A stretch of DNA of 40,329 nucleotides from a virus (lineage: Duplodnaviria > Caudoviricetes). Below are positions 8,901 through 17,771 of the stretch, piece after piece. The position numbers and the translations under genes are program-made. The notes beneath the pieces are model-generated. The model had not been told where the DNA came from. It did no database searches and worked only from the letters and a program-made list of their open reading frames with translations. Positions within the stretch are counted from its first letter, which is position 1. The number at the start of each line of letters is the position of its first letter. The DNA lies in IMG/VR virus record IMGVR_UViG_3300044260_000054, positions 1 to 40,329 of that record. One strand, 5' to 3'.

Positions 8901-10901
8901 GCCCATAACGCGCTTGCCGCTCGCAACGTGGCTGATCTGGTATTCAGCGGGGGTGCCTGGTGCGGAGACTTTATGGACGATGAGGCCGCCAATCGACGGG
9001 CCCTTGATGGTTGCTGGACCAGTCGGCTCGCCTTCTTTAAACATCGGGACATCCACCTTCGCCTGCTTGAACTTCACGCCCTTGAACTGTTCTTGAAGGT
9101 TGGCGCGATACTCCTGCTGACGTTGATAGGAGGCAGCTTCGGCCGCACGCCGCTCGGCTTCGGCCGCCGACCGCTCGGCCATTCGGGCTTGTTCTGTCTC
9201 TACCGCCGCGCGTAGGCGAGGTGACAAAATATCCTCGGGTTGCACGCCCCGCCCGAAACCCTCTTGACGTGCGATGCGTTCTCCCATTCGGTCTATCAGT
9301 GCTTCCGGTGCTCCACCGGTCGCCTCATAGGCGGACTCCCAAGGTTCGTTTGTGCCCGCCGTCCGTACTTCAATCCGATAGTTGTTGAACTCGTTGCGCC
9401 CGACACGGAACTCATAATCTGGCCCGCCACCGATGGCACGTTGACGCCATGCAATTTCCGGCTCCTCGGCCGTTGGTGCCTCAACCGGCTTTGCCACCTT
9501 CGGCTTGCGGCCCTTCTTCATGGTCGCGGCGATGCCGGGAGCGGCCTCGACCGGAGGGGGATTAATCCGGTCGTGTTCACGCACGGCGGTGTTGTAGTCC
9601 TCAGCGCTCCACTCCGTGCGCCCTGCCCGACGCATCGCCCTGTTAGCCTCATCCGCTCCCGCCAGAGAACCAAGATCCGCCGCCGGCATCCCCGCCGCTG
9701 GCGCTGCCGCTTCGGGGGATAGCTGCGACGTTTGCGGCTCGGGTGACACCACGGGCTGTTCCGGCAACGATCGTGGCTCTACGGGGCTTGTAGCGCGTTC
9801 TACGGCCATGGCGCCCCCGCCGGGCCTCTGTGGGAGGTCTGGCGGTGACGGCGGGGGCGCCATGCCGCGCTGAATCGTGCGCGCGGAAGCCTCAGCGTCG
9901 GCCTGGTTCGGGAACCGACGCATTTCGGGGAGGGTCCTCCCAGAATCGAGGTCGGCGACTGTCACGGTGAACTCACCGGTTGGCTTGCCGGCACTGTCGG
10001 TTGTCCGAATGACGCGCGCCTCGGTGTTCTCTGGGCCAGGGAACCGCGCCACGAGGCCGGGGATCTGCGCTGCCGTTCCGCCCTCGATCGGACCCGGCTC
10101 GGCGATGCGGGGTGCCTCGGGCGGCGGGAATGGCGCTTCAAAGCCCGGTGGACGCTGTGGTAGACCAGACAGCGCGGGCTGCGCACGAATTGCCTGCAAC
10201 GCCTCGGTTGCCGTCGGCCTCTGCCCCGCCTCCAGCCAGCCGGGGGCCAGTTCTGCCGGCGCTGCGGCTTGGAAGGGCTCGGTAGGAACCGGTGGCTCAC
10301 GCGGCGCGGGTGCCGGTGCGGGTGCCGGTGCCGGTGGCAGGTTGCGCCGGCGCAGCATGGCGCCTACCCCAGCTTCGGCGAGGCCAGGCGCCAGAAATGC
10401 GCCCTGCTCCAGCACTCCCCGCCCGATCTGTGACCACGTTCCTTCACCAGGAATGAGCTTTTCGATGCCAGGTTGAGCGAGTTCGGCGGCCTTGGTGCCC
10501 GTGAACATCTGCGCGGCTGTTCGCAATGCGCCCGCACCGCCGGGCAGCAGGCCCATCGCGGCACCTTCGGTCACGGCCTGCATCTCGGGAGCGGGGAGGA
10601 TGTTCGGCTGTGGCGGGATGAACCGCGTCATCCGCTCGGGTTCTGCCGATGTCTGCGTCTGCGTCGCGGCACGGAGGGCAGCAGCTTCGTAATCGGGCGG
10701 CGGCTTGTCGAAACCGCTGATGTCTGGCCCCGATGTCGGGGCGAGGTCAAGCATGTTAAGGCCGCGTGGAGGTTCCTGCGGCTGCGGTTGTTGCGGTTCC
10801 TGCGGTTGCGCCCGGAGTGCGGCCAGGGCTTCGCGTGCGGATGGTCGCGGTGCGGCGCCGCGCAACTGTGCGAGGGCGTCTCGCGTCGACAGCTCGGGCA
10901 T
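5949..10901 (-). CDS. large internal virion / DNA-ejection protein (1650 aa)
   Basis: Size and position at the end of the podovirus tail module; NYVP, NRFGKINYD and C-terminal SPVLNLAVNLWQNRDFFG (LPD38-like) resemble large ejection proteins. Confidence 0.7.
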   Translation of the reverse strand: MPELSTRDALAQLRGAAPRPSAREALAALRAQPQEPQQPQPQEPPRGLNMLDLAPTSGPDISGFDKPPPDYEAAALRAATQTQTSAEPERMTRFIPPQPNILPAPEMQAVTEGAAMGLLPGGAGALRTAAQMFTGTKAAELAQPGIEKLIPGEGTWSQIGRGVLEQGAFLAPGLAEAGVGAMLRRRNLPPAPAPAPAPAPREPPVPTEPFQAAAPAELAPGWLEAGQRPTATEALQAIRAQPALSGLPQRPPGFEAPFPPPEAPRIAEPGPIEGGTAAQIPGLVARFPGPENTEARVIRTTDSAGKPTGEFTVTVADLDSGRTLPEMRRFPNQADAEASARTIQRGMAPPPSPPDLPQRPGGGAMAVERATSPVEPRSLPEQPVVSPEPQTSQLSPEAAAPAAGMPAADLGSLAGADEANRAMRRAGRTEWSAEDYNTAVREHDRINPPPVEAAPGIAATMKKGRKPKVAKPVEAPTAEEPEIAWRQRAIGGGPDYEFRVGRNEFNNYRIEVRTAGTNEPWESAYEATGGAPEALIDRMGERIARQEGFGRGVQPEDILSPRLRAAVETEQARMAERSAAEAERRAAEAASYQRQQEYRANLQEQFKGVKFKQAKVDVPMFKEGEPTGPATIKGPSIGGLIVHKVSAPGTPAEYQISHVASGKRVMGEFSTQEQARVAAWRLGQMIDFTKPEAEVMAESAKKPEFRELYGTVRADVWGEPAPPPPPAAKKVRKGKATVADILKSEKGAAVVPGAQTAEKVAGALKEDAAFLAKWFDPIGFASDETLNTLVGRKGADIEAARFQYNQASKGNEATFDRMIGAGGKQAAYDYLGRMSTGRKQSTPELQRLADFHRQALDAAALSVAEVRGDFPYLENYVPGIWKDPANAERVLMTRGRRPLEGSKNFLRKKFYRDFEDGIAAGLEPVTDNPETLVRTYLEDVRKFVYAQHVSQDGIEAGRWQWVPGTGQAPEGKAFLDDAVARRYFPRNQVPLIIPEGNLRDTLSQFAEVVRTERATQGPARTTRTVETTGGTGPPNVPAGKIEDRVYEALTARGFSEGEARQFIDRLKAAGAKATPEASAEAQTTVIKEITEKIRTILRTEATELHLPPEVRTLGRTAMGPTLAGRWAVDEGEARLLNNYLSRNKMMERPTVRAVMRANASLNGLQLGLSGFHAVGDVVFNPVASHAGLAMGRLARGDWVGAAKRALETPIAPYRYLREGVKAWNDPALVEAALGPLKAGAQLARPTGAFGTGSVWDAFLANMRRKEYGAAITKAPMAAIDGMMKPLFEHVIPRVKVGAYLDLMADELERNAGDIAAGKISQQTVARDAWKNIENRFGKINYDNLFWNRTFQSSMQLMWRAVGWNHGTLRELGGAALQDTPQAIKGLLTGQGGQFTPKMQYLAGLTFTVASAGALYQYLHTGEAPQQLKDYFFPRNGQRDADGNEIRVRFPTYFKDIYGITDIKGTIVNKLSPVLNLAVNLWQNRDFFGDYIWNPNDVLPTKVKQVAEHMMTEMQPFSVQQYRRLAEGKASLPAHLEAFAGITKAPRAVITSPLQKEIQGRLQDIHGARGPRTPEQKTLDQLKVKAREGVKAGDTEALKAWVVEAAKQERPVTVQTLSNLLKSSGKTSIQRQFEALPKADRERLVQEFAQP

Positions 10902-10908
10902 GGGCTGC

Positions 10909-11868
10909 CTACGGAATCCAGCCCTCGGCGCGAAGGTCTTCGTCAGTCACGCCCATGGCGCGCATTTTTGCGATCTCGTCCGGTGTGGGAGGGGCCTCGG
11001 TGCTCTGCCCAGCTGGAGGAGGAGGAGGAGGAGGTGGTGGGGGAGGGGCTATTCCTGTGTCCGGTGCCGGCGCGCCGCCGAGCCTGATGTTGCCTTGTGC
11101 GTCGATGAAGATGGCGCCACTACCTTGTGCATGGGGTGGCGCCTCGCCGAGTGTCTGCACCTGTTGCCCGTTCTCGTCGAACAGGACGACTTCCGGCTTC
11201 TGCGTGATCGGATTGACCACCGTGGCGCGAAACGTCTTCCGTTTCGGCTGGAGTGCCTGTTGCGCCAGTGCATTTGTCCGATCGGCCTGCTCGCCGACCA
11301 GCGCCACGCGCCCCGGTCGCATCTGGTTCTCTGTCACCGTGCGCGCACCGGACAAGCCAGCGGCAGCGCCCGCCGCTCCTGCCTGTGCCACGTTGCGCGT
11401 CGCCGCAGTGGTGGCCTGCCTCGTCTTCGGGCCGGTGATGAACTCCGTTTCGGCCTGGGTCTGCTGGGTCTTCGGCCCGGCCGTATAAGCGGCTGCGGCG
11501 CCTTTCTGTAGGATGGTCGCTAGGTTGGTCATCCCGCCCATCGGCGTTTGGGACCGTCCGAGTAATTGCGTGTAGCGGGCCGCATCCAGAATGCCGGCCG
11601 AGCGGTCGGGGTTTTTCAATGACTCATCGATGGTCTGATCGGCGCGCGTGGTCAGCGGTGTGCGCTCCTTGAGGGAATATCCATCTGCACCAGCACGGCG
11701 CCCCACCTCGGCGATCCGCCGCATCCGTGCGTCGGGGTCTTTCTCGGCGTCGATCGCGGCAATATCCGCGCCATACTTCTCCTCAAAGTTCGGACGTAGA
11801 AGCGCCCCGCCCGCCCGCGACAGCGTATCGACGATCGGGAGCCCGGTTTCGCCAAAGAGTCCAGGCAT
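10909..11868 (-). CDS. internal virion / ejection protein (319 aa)
   Basis: Ala/Gln/Thr-rich helical protein with a poly-Pro run, between two other ejection-type genes. Confidence 0.6.
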   Translation of the reverse strand: MPGLFGETGLPIVDTLSRAGGALLRPNFEEKYGADIAAIDAEKDPDARMRRIAEVGRRAGADGYSLKERTPLTTRADQTIDESLKNPDRSAGILDAARYTQLLGRSQTPMGGMTNLATILQKGAAAAYTAGPKTQQTQAETEFITGPKTRQATTAATRNVAQAGAAGAAAGLSGARTVTENQMRPGRVALVGEQADRTNALAQQALQPKRKTFRATVVNPITQKPEVVLFDENGQQVQTLGEAPPHAQGSGAIFIDAQGNIRLGGAPAPDTGIAPPPPPPPPPPPAGQSTEAPPTPDEIAKMRAMGVTDEDLRAEGWIP

Positions 11869-11871
11869 GGT

Positions 11872-12897
11872 CTACGCTGCGGGCGTGGACGGGGCGGCGG
11901 TGCCCGCGCCCCAATTAGCAATCCCGAAGCCCCCACTTGAGGAATCGGAGCCCCCAGTGCTCTGTGAGGTTCGGCCGGCACCCGCGAGCGTCGCGTATTG
12001 CTGTAGCCAGGTGTTGAGCGCGGTGGACAGCGACGAGAGTTTTTGTTGATCCATGCGAGCCAGGTCGGTTTCCTGTACCCCGAGGTATTGCAGGAAGGCC
12101 GACCGCGCGTTCTGCGCGCTTTGCTGGTCGAGGCCCAGGGTGGCGAGGTAGTTCGCCGCGGTCGCCGTGTTGCCGGCGAGCACGTTCGAGGCGTTGGCGA
12201 TGTTGGCTTGTTGCTGGCGGCCGAGGTTGGCTTGCTGTTCCTGCTCTTGGAGGCCGAGCGTCTGCGCCGTCGCCGTCGTGGCGGCCTGTCCCGCCTGCTG
12301 CTGTAACTGCTGCGTGCGCTCGGACTGTTGCCGTGCGAGCAGCCCTTGGCCGACGCCAGAGGTGGCGAGGCCGGCGTTGGCGGCATTGGACAAGAGCCCG
12401 CGATCGGCGATGCCCCCGAGGCGCGTAGTTTCGGCGGCAATCGGGTTGTAGGTCTGCTCAAAGAGCGATTTGCGGAGCGTGTCGTAGTTGCCTGCGCCGA
12501 GCCCGCCGGTCGCGGCCTCGATGGTGGGCGCCGTCACGGCCGCCGGCGGCGTGTAGGTAGTCGGTGCCGCACCGAGGCCGACGTTAGTTGCACCAACCTG
12601 ATTGAACAGACCAGCCCCCGGGGTCGCCCCAGGGTACGCAGCAACGGCACCGCTCGGGTTCGTGGTCGCGTCAAAGAGGCCGGTACTGGTGGGACGGCTG
12701 GCGAGGAGCTCGTCGAGGGTCAACGGGCGTCCCACAACGGGTGTCGCGCCACTGACAAAGGCCGAGGGCCATTCCGTACCGGAGCTGCTTTGTTGCTTTG
12801 AGGAGCTACCGGAGCCTCCGGCGGAGATCCCGCCGCGGATCAAACGAATGCGCGTCCCGGGGTAGTAGCCACTGAGCAAGTCGGAGTGTCGTTTCAT
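11872..12897 (-). CDS. internal virion / ejection (pilot-type) protein (341 aa)
   Basis: Leader ending IRLIRGG, then Gly/Ser-rich and Gln/Ala/Asn-rich segments; occupies the P22 gp7 position. Confidence 0.65.
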   Translation of the reverse strand: MKRHSDLLSGYYPGTRIRLIRGGISAGGSGSSSKQQSSSGTEWPSAFVSGATPVVGRPLTLDELLASRPTSTGLFDATTNPSGAVAAYPGATPGAGLFNQVGATNVGLGAAPTTYTPPAAVTAPTIEAATGGLGAGNYDTLRKSLFEQTYNPIAAETTRLGGIADRGLLSNAANAGLATSGVGQGLLARQQSERTQQLQQQAGQAATTATAQTLGLQEQEQQANLGRQQQANIANASNVLAGNTATAANYLATLGLDQQSAQNARSAFLQYLGVQETDLARMDQQKLSSLSTALNTWLQQYATLAGAGRTSQSTGGSDSSSGGFGIANWGAGTAAPSTPAA

Positions 12898-13291
12898 CGG
12901 CTACACGCTCAAGCGCCCAACCGCGGCGCTCGCCAAACCCAATATGTGCACAAATGCCCTCGACGCCGGGGAGTTCACGGAGGGCGCGCGTCGCTTTGTG
13001 GAGCTGGTGAGGCACCAGCGAAAGAGCATCGGCCACGAAAAGGACGGGGCCGGCCGTGAGCTCCTGGTGCTCGAGCTCGTAAGCCAGTCGAAAATTGCGT
13101 TCCTCAAAGAGCGGAACAGATTCCCAGCGGCACCGAAGCCAGGCGACAAAGCCCCCGGGGAACTCGGAAAACTGCCCGAGGCCGTCGCACCAGCCCAGAA
13201 CTTGCGCGATGCGCGCGGGATCCGCATGAAGCGTAGAATCCGCATGAAGCGCCTCCGTTGCCGCGTAGTCAGCCATAGAAAAGCGGGGCAT
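12806..13291 (-). CDS. putative GNAT/HlyC-like acyltransferase-fold protein (P22 gp14 / T7 gp13 position)
   Basis: GAGGA SD 7 nt before ATG 13291; GFVAWLRC...ELTAGPVLFVADAL resembles the TAAT/HlyC core; overlaps the next gene by 92 nt; start uncertain. Confidence 0.5.
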   Translation of the reverse strand: MPRFSMADYAATEALHADSTLHADPARIAQVLGWCDGLGQFSEFPGGFVAWLRCRWESVPLFEERNFRLAYELEHQELTAGPVLFVADALSLVPHQLHKATRALRELPGVEGICAHIGFGERRGWALERVADETTLRLAQWLLPRDAHSFDPRRDLRRRLR

Positions 13292-13353
13292 ATCGTCATC
13301 CTCTACACCTATGAACAAGGCCCGAAACCGGCGCAAGGCTCCCTGCACGCATC

Positions 13354-14919
13354 TCAGCAGTCCGCGAAGAAGCAATAGGCGTCGACGGCCCCGGAGCCAA
13401 CGGTCGCCGTAGGTATCGGCGTTGCCGTAGGGGTGGCTGTGGCCGTGGGCGTTTCCGTGGGCGTTTCCGTGGGGGTGTCTGTGGGCGTGGGCGTGGGGGT
13501 ATCCGTGGGCGTGGGCGTGGGGGTGGCCGCGGGTGTCGGTGTCGGGATATCCTCGGTGCAGCCGATCATGTATGTCTCGCCGCCCGTGCCGGTCGTGATC
13601 GTTCCGCCGGCTATCATTTCTAAGCCGAGGCATCCGTGTGCGGGAACCGAGAAGGCATTGGTGGCCGTGCAGGAAACGTGCGTCCCAACCGTCAGCGTGC
13701 ACAGCGTCGTCTCGTCGTAGGAGAGATCGGCACATGATTGTGTGCTGGAAAGCCCCGCCGTGGAGGTTCGCGCCTTGACGGTCCAGGTGGGCGAGCTAGA
13801 CCCTGCACCGACTTGCTTGAGCGCGATCGCGGCGTTGCAGCCGCTCAGTGCATACTGACCGTTCACCCAAAACGTGTCTTGATTGGTGCTTGTCGCGTTT
13901 GTGGGGCCAGGGCCGAGGTAGTGCGTTGCGGTATACGTGCCGGTCGGACTGCCGGGGTTGCCGCCATAGAACCACGGGCCGCCCGTGCTGTAGGGCGCGG
14001 AACTATCGGCCGAGCAACTGAGATTCGTCCAGGGAACCGCGGCAGCCGCCGAGTTGTTCCGCGTCACCACACCACTGAAGCATGAGAATTGCGGGACAGT
14101 CACCGTATTGTCGATGGTAAAGGAGCACCTTTTCGCCGCGCTGCCAATGTTGCACTTGCTCGCACTGGTGGAATACGTGAAGTCGCCGCACGTTGTCGTG
14201 CCCGCGCCCGCGTCAAGCGTCGAGGCGGTTGTTCGGACTTCAAAATCACGGTTTCCCGTGCCGCCCGGAACCGTGTCGATGACCAACGAGCCAGCACACG
14301 CAGCGATTGCGTAGGGCGCAATAATGAAGGCGGCGGGGACAGTGGCGGCGGGCTGGGAGACGTTTTGCGCCGCGCCAATATATGCGACGTTCAGGATGCT
14401 TTGCTGGTAGTTCGCCATCGATGAGATGCCATCGACGGCGCTCGCCTCCCAGCAATCGAGCGACCAGTCGATACTCCCGGTGTTCGCGGCCGAATTTGCA
14501 GACGCGCCTTTCACTTGCAGGCACGACCCGGCACCAGGGCTAAAAGTCACGTCAGCCGAGCAGAATTTGTCACTCCCGGACACGGAACAGCCAGCGATGT
14601 CGCTCATGCTTCCCGCGTCGGTGATGCAGTCGTTGCCCGCTGCTGGAGCCGCGGTGTTGTAGCTGATGGAAATATCCCAACTCTTAGCGCTACCCGGCGC
14701 GGTGCCGAGGGCTACGGACAGATGGCAACCACCGAGCGCGCGGGACGTGGTGTAGAACGTCGGAGCGGTTTGCGTCGTCGCCACGGCGAAGCCCCCGTAC
14801 CACGTATTTGCGGAACTGATGCTGCCCCCGGAGCCGGCAAAATATTCGCCGCCATCAAGCGCGGCGTGGGCGGAACGTACCAGGAGAAGGCCAAGCAGGA
14901 TGAAAATTGCGCGCTTCAC
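13354..14919 (-). CDS. secreted Cys-rich protein with three tandem beta domains and a Pro/Thr tail (521 aa)
   Basis: GTGA-coupled start at 14919; signal peptide MKRAIFILLGLLLVRSAHA; PT repeats near the C-terminus. Confidence 0.75.
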   Translation of the reverse strand: MKRAIFILLGLLLVRSAHAALDGGEYFAGSGGSISSANTWYGGFAVATTQTAPTFYTTSRALGGCHLSVALGTAPGSAKSWDISISYNTAAPAAGNDCITDAGSMSDIAGCSVSGSDKFCSADVTFSPGAGSCLQVKGASANSAANTGSIDWSLDCWEASAVDGISSMANYQQSILNVAYIGAAQNVSQPAATVPAAFIIAPYAIAACAGSLVIDTVPGGTGNRDFEVRTTASTLDAGAGTTTCGDFTYSTSASKCNIGSAAKRCSFTIDNTVTVPQFSCFSGVVTRNNSAAAAVPWTNLSCSADSSAPYSTGGPWFYGGNPGSPTGTYTATHYLGPGPTNATSTNQDTFWVNGQYALSGCNAAIALKQVGAGSSSPTWTVKARTSTAGLSSTQSCADLSYDETTLCTLTVGTHVSCTATNAFSVPAHGCLGLEMIAGGTITTGTGGETYMIGCTEDIPTPTPAATPTPTPTDTPTPTPTDTPTETPTETPTATATPTATPIPTATVGSGAVDAYCFFADC

Positions 14920-15068
14920 AGCAACGCCTTTCGTGCGCAGTGGCACAGGTAGTCCCAACCGGCCCCGAGTACCGTCATCGGCACAGCGAGAATCACAGCG
15001 GCAGGAAATAGGACCACACCAAGAATGATCTTGCCGACCAAGGCGGCTCGGTTGATCTGGTCGCTCAT
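14916..15068 (-). CDS. small membrane protein (50 aa)
   Basis: ATGA-coupled; long hydrophobic stretch IILGVVLFPAAVILAVPMTVLGA. Confidence 0.6.
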   Translation of the reverse strand: MSDQINRAALVGKIILGVVLFPAAVILAVPMTVLGAGWDYLCHCARKALL

Positions 15069-15400
15069 GGTACCCCCCATAGCTCGATGAACAGAAAGGG
15101 CTCGCCGGCCAGCGGCGGCGTGCCCATGACGACGGTTTGCTGATTGCGGCGAAGATACCATTTGCCGGCCGCCGGCGGATCGGCTGCGTCATAGAGCACT
15201 AGGGCGCTGCCCTGATAGAGCAGCGCCCGCGGGACGCCGTTGACGTCGAGGGAAATTTTCACCGGGGCCATAAACTCTAGCGCAACGCCATCGGCGCCAT
15301 CGATCGTGAGATTGAACAGCTGGTAGTCGCGTCGGAGGAGGTAATCGCGCACGCCGTCAAGGGTTCGAAAGACCGGCGGCCCATACTGTTTCACGGCCAT
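15065..15400 (-). CDS. putative tail protein (post-nozzle position, 111 aa)
   Basis: Overlaps the nozzle stop; beta-rich C-terminus. Confidence 0.55.
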   Translation of the reverse strand: MAVKQYGPPVFRTLDGVRDYLLRRDYQLFNLTIDGADGVALEFMAPVKISLDVNGVPRALLYQGSALVLYDAADPPAAGKWYLRRNQQTVVMGTPPLAGEPFLFIELWGVP

Positions 15401-17529
15401 CGGCGCACCGTTCGCAGCTGCACATCACATTGGACGCGATGCAGCTCGAAATTCGGGCCATCGGTTGGGTTGGTGAACAGGAAATCAACCACGCGCCCGG
15501 AGTGCGCCAGGTCGGTGATTGTGGTGCGCGGCTCTTGAAACGCCGGCCCTGTCGGACGCACGGCACCGGCGAAGAACGGCACCGCGTTGGTGTTGTCCTC
15601 CTCGTATCGGATCACGCCGTTGAGCCGCTGCGCGCCGCGATATTGGGGCTTGAGATAGGCGACGCGGCCGAGCCGCAGCATGGGCGAGCGATCATCGAGC
15701 AGCTGGCTGCGCGTGCGAATGGTGACGGGAATCGGCTCGGGGCCGCCGTCGGTGTCATCCGTTGTGCCCGTGTCGAACTCGCGGATCCAGCCGTCGAGGC
15801 CGCCGGCGATGAGTTCGCCCTGGTCGGGAGAGCCGACCCACACGCACGCGGCGTTGAGCGGCATCGTCGGGACATGCGACCAGGCGAGGGTGAATCCGCC
15901 GCCGGCGGCCGGGATGAATTGTAACACGTAACCGTCAGCCACGTCCGGATCCAGCTTGAGCCAATACTGATTCCGGCGCGGGTGAAAGACGCCGATCGCG
16001 CTAGGGTACGGCGTCGGTTCGTTGGCAGTGCGCGGGGCAAACAGCGTCGCAATCGCCCCCGATAGGTCGGTCGGCGTCATGCTCTGCGCGTCGGTCAGGT
16101 ACAGGCCCCCGTGTCCGAGGTAGATCACACCCCATGGACATTCCTGCACCGTTTCCGGCGCCGTGCAGCCGACCGTCGAATAGAGATTGAGCTGGCCGCC
16201 GGCCAGGGGATCGCCGAGGAACGAAAACAGACACGTATCTTTCAGAATCACGAGTGGCGCAGACAGCGAGGCGAGCCCCACCAGCCCGGTAATCTTGCCC
16301 CCCTTCGGGTCATTGACGGAGAGCTGCACGTCGGCGAACCACGTTGTTTCATCGTTCACTTCCGAGCCGTAGACTGAAAAGCTCAGTTCCCCGGGCGTGG
16401 TCGCCCAGAGGCGAGACTTCCACAGCGTCAGGTACGGCCCCGTAGGAAGCGACACCTGGCTGGCCGTGCCCGATTGTTCCACGGCCACCAGACGGCGCGT
16501 GCTAGGCAGCGAGTAGTTATGTGAATAGCGCTGCATCGGGTTGGTGCCGTCGGCAATGAAGGTCGCCCCCTTCTCAGACCAGGCCGCGAAGTGTGGGCGG
16601 AACGTCGGCGCGGCCAGCGGCGGTGCCGGGAGATTATTGAGGTCGATGTTTGGCACTACGAGCTCGCCGGCGTCGTTGCTGGCAAAATACCGCAGTGCCA
16701 CAAATCCGCCGAGCGCGGCAACGGGGCCGACGGTGCCGACAATCTGACTCGGCCTGGTGGCGCCCTCAAAGTAGACCGTCACCTTGATCGCCTCGACGAA
16801 CACCTCGACTTGATAGCTGTTCCCCGGGCCCGCAAACGTGACGTACAGATAGACACCGAACGTCGGATCATTGAGCTCGGCCGGTGTCAGCCCGTCCCAT
16901 AGCGTGGTGGGAGAACCGAAGACGTCAGTAACCGAGCGGCGCACGACTAGCCCGTTTTCGTCGAGCTGCACCCAGTTGGCGGTGTTGGCCTCGACATGCG
17001 GGCCACTCTGGCCTTGATACGCGAGCTGCATCGAGGCGGTGATGGTCGGATAGGAGGTTGATCCTTCTCCGCCCTCAACGTGGTGCGTAAGATCGAACTG
17101 CAAGCCAGTGATCCGCGCGCCAGCAGGGATATGCCAAGCGGCCTCGGTCCACCGTAAGAAGTTGGTGCTTGTGTCCGTGGTATTCGGCGCAAATGTCGCG
17201 TGTGCGGTGAGATAGGGCTGGCCGGCCTCGGGAGTCCACGGCACCGGGCCGCCGCCCGCGATGTTTTCGAGGTTGGCAAAAAATGGCGTCGAGGTGCTCG
17301 CCACTTCCACCCGCGAGTAATGGCGGGCCAGGGCCACGACGCTATTTTCGAGTTGCGTGTAGCGCCGCGCCCGACCACGGCGGCCACGCACCGCACCGCT
17401 CGCCTGATATTCGACGTTCTCCGCCTCGAGCAGCGCATTCGCGGGCACGGCAAAGCCCGGCTGCGGATCGGCACTATTGGCGTCACCCGGTAACCAGAGG
17501 CCGCCGTTGAAGTTGTCGAGCGGTAACAC
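15391..17529 (-). CDS. tail nozzle / tube protein (P22 gp10 / T7 gp12-like)
   Basis: N-terminal NFNGGL...ENVEY...VRGRRG; beta-propeller-like motifs WKSRLW, ITGL, VILKD, VGCTAPETV, GVIYLG; follows the adaptor. Confidence 0.8.
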   Translation of the reverse strand: MLPLDNFNGGLWLPGDANSADPQPGFAVPANALLEAENVEYQASGAVRGRRGRARRYTQLENSVVALARHYSRVEVASTSTPFFANLENIAGGGPVPWTPEAGQPYLTAHATFAPNTTDTSTNFLRWTEAAWHIPAGARITGLQFDLTHHVEGGEGSTSYPTITASMQLAYQGQSGPHVEANTANWVQLDENGLVVRRSVTDVFGSPTTLWDGLTPAELNDPTFGVYLYVTFAGPGNSYQVEVFVEAIKVTVYFEGATRPSQIVGTVGPVAALGGFVALRYFASNDAGELVVPNIDLNNLPAPPLAAPTFRPHFAAWSEKGATFIADGTNPMQRYSHNYSLPSTRRLVAVEQSGTASQVSLPTGPYLTLWKSRLWATTPGELSFSVYGSEVNDETTWFADVQLSVNDPKGGKITGLVGLASLSAPLVILKDTCLFSFLGDPLAGGQLNLYSTVGCTAPETVQECPWGVIYLGHGGLYLTDAQSMTPTDLSGAIATLFAPRTANEPTPYPSAIGVFHPRRNQYWLKLDPDVADGYVLQFIPAAGGGFTLAWSHVPTMPLNAACVWVGSPDQGELIAGGLDGWIREFDTGTTDDTDGGPEPIPVTIRTRSQLLDDRSPMLRLGRVAYLKPQYRGAQRLNGVIRYEEDNTNAVPFFAGAVRPTGPAFQEPRTTITDLAHSGRVVDFLFTNPTDGPNFELHRVQCDVQLRTVRRWP

Positions 17530-17535
17530 GACCGA

Positions 17536-17763
17536 TCACGGCTTGTTGAGTTTCCCGAACGAGCGCACGGCCGGAATATGGTCGGCACCCTTGGTGAAAC
17601 CACGCAGCTTCGCGTTGCGAATCTTCACGCGCGGGATGCCCGGTAGGCCACGGGGGTTGTAGGTTGCCTTCATGCCGTGGCCGTCGCTGCCGCACGCGGC
17701 GGCAAATTCCGCGTGCGCGGCGCCCGGTTCGTCGTGGTATCTGCCCTTGTTTTTTGGTCGCAT
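17536..17763 (-). CDS. small basic protein (75 aa)
   Basis: GAGGG SD before ATG 17763 (MRPKNKG); Lys/Arg-rich. Confidence 0.55.
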   Translation of the reverse strand: MRPKNKGRYHDEPGAAHAEFAAACGSDGHGMKATYNPRGLPGIPRVKIRNAKLRGFTKGADHIPAVRSFGKLNKP

Positions 17764-17771
17764 AGCTTCCC

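Noticed and set aside
12901-13299. 132-aa ORF MTICPAF as the gene before the ejection proteins
   Set aside because: Ser/Arg-rich shadow-like translation; the overlapping frame 12806-13291 has a better-spaced SD and a more protein-like sequence. Not fully excluded.
17527-17538. TGA readthrough fusing the 75-aa basic ORF to the in-frame nozzle gene
   Set aside because: An in-frame arrangement occurs one time in three by chance; GTG 17529 gives a normal nozzle N-terminus and no recoding signal is evident.
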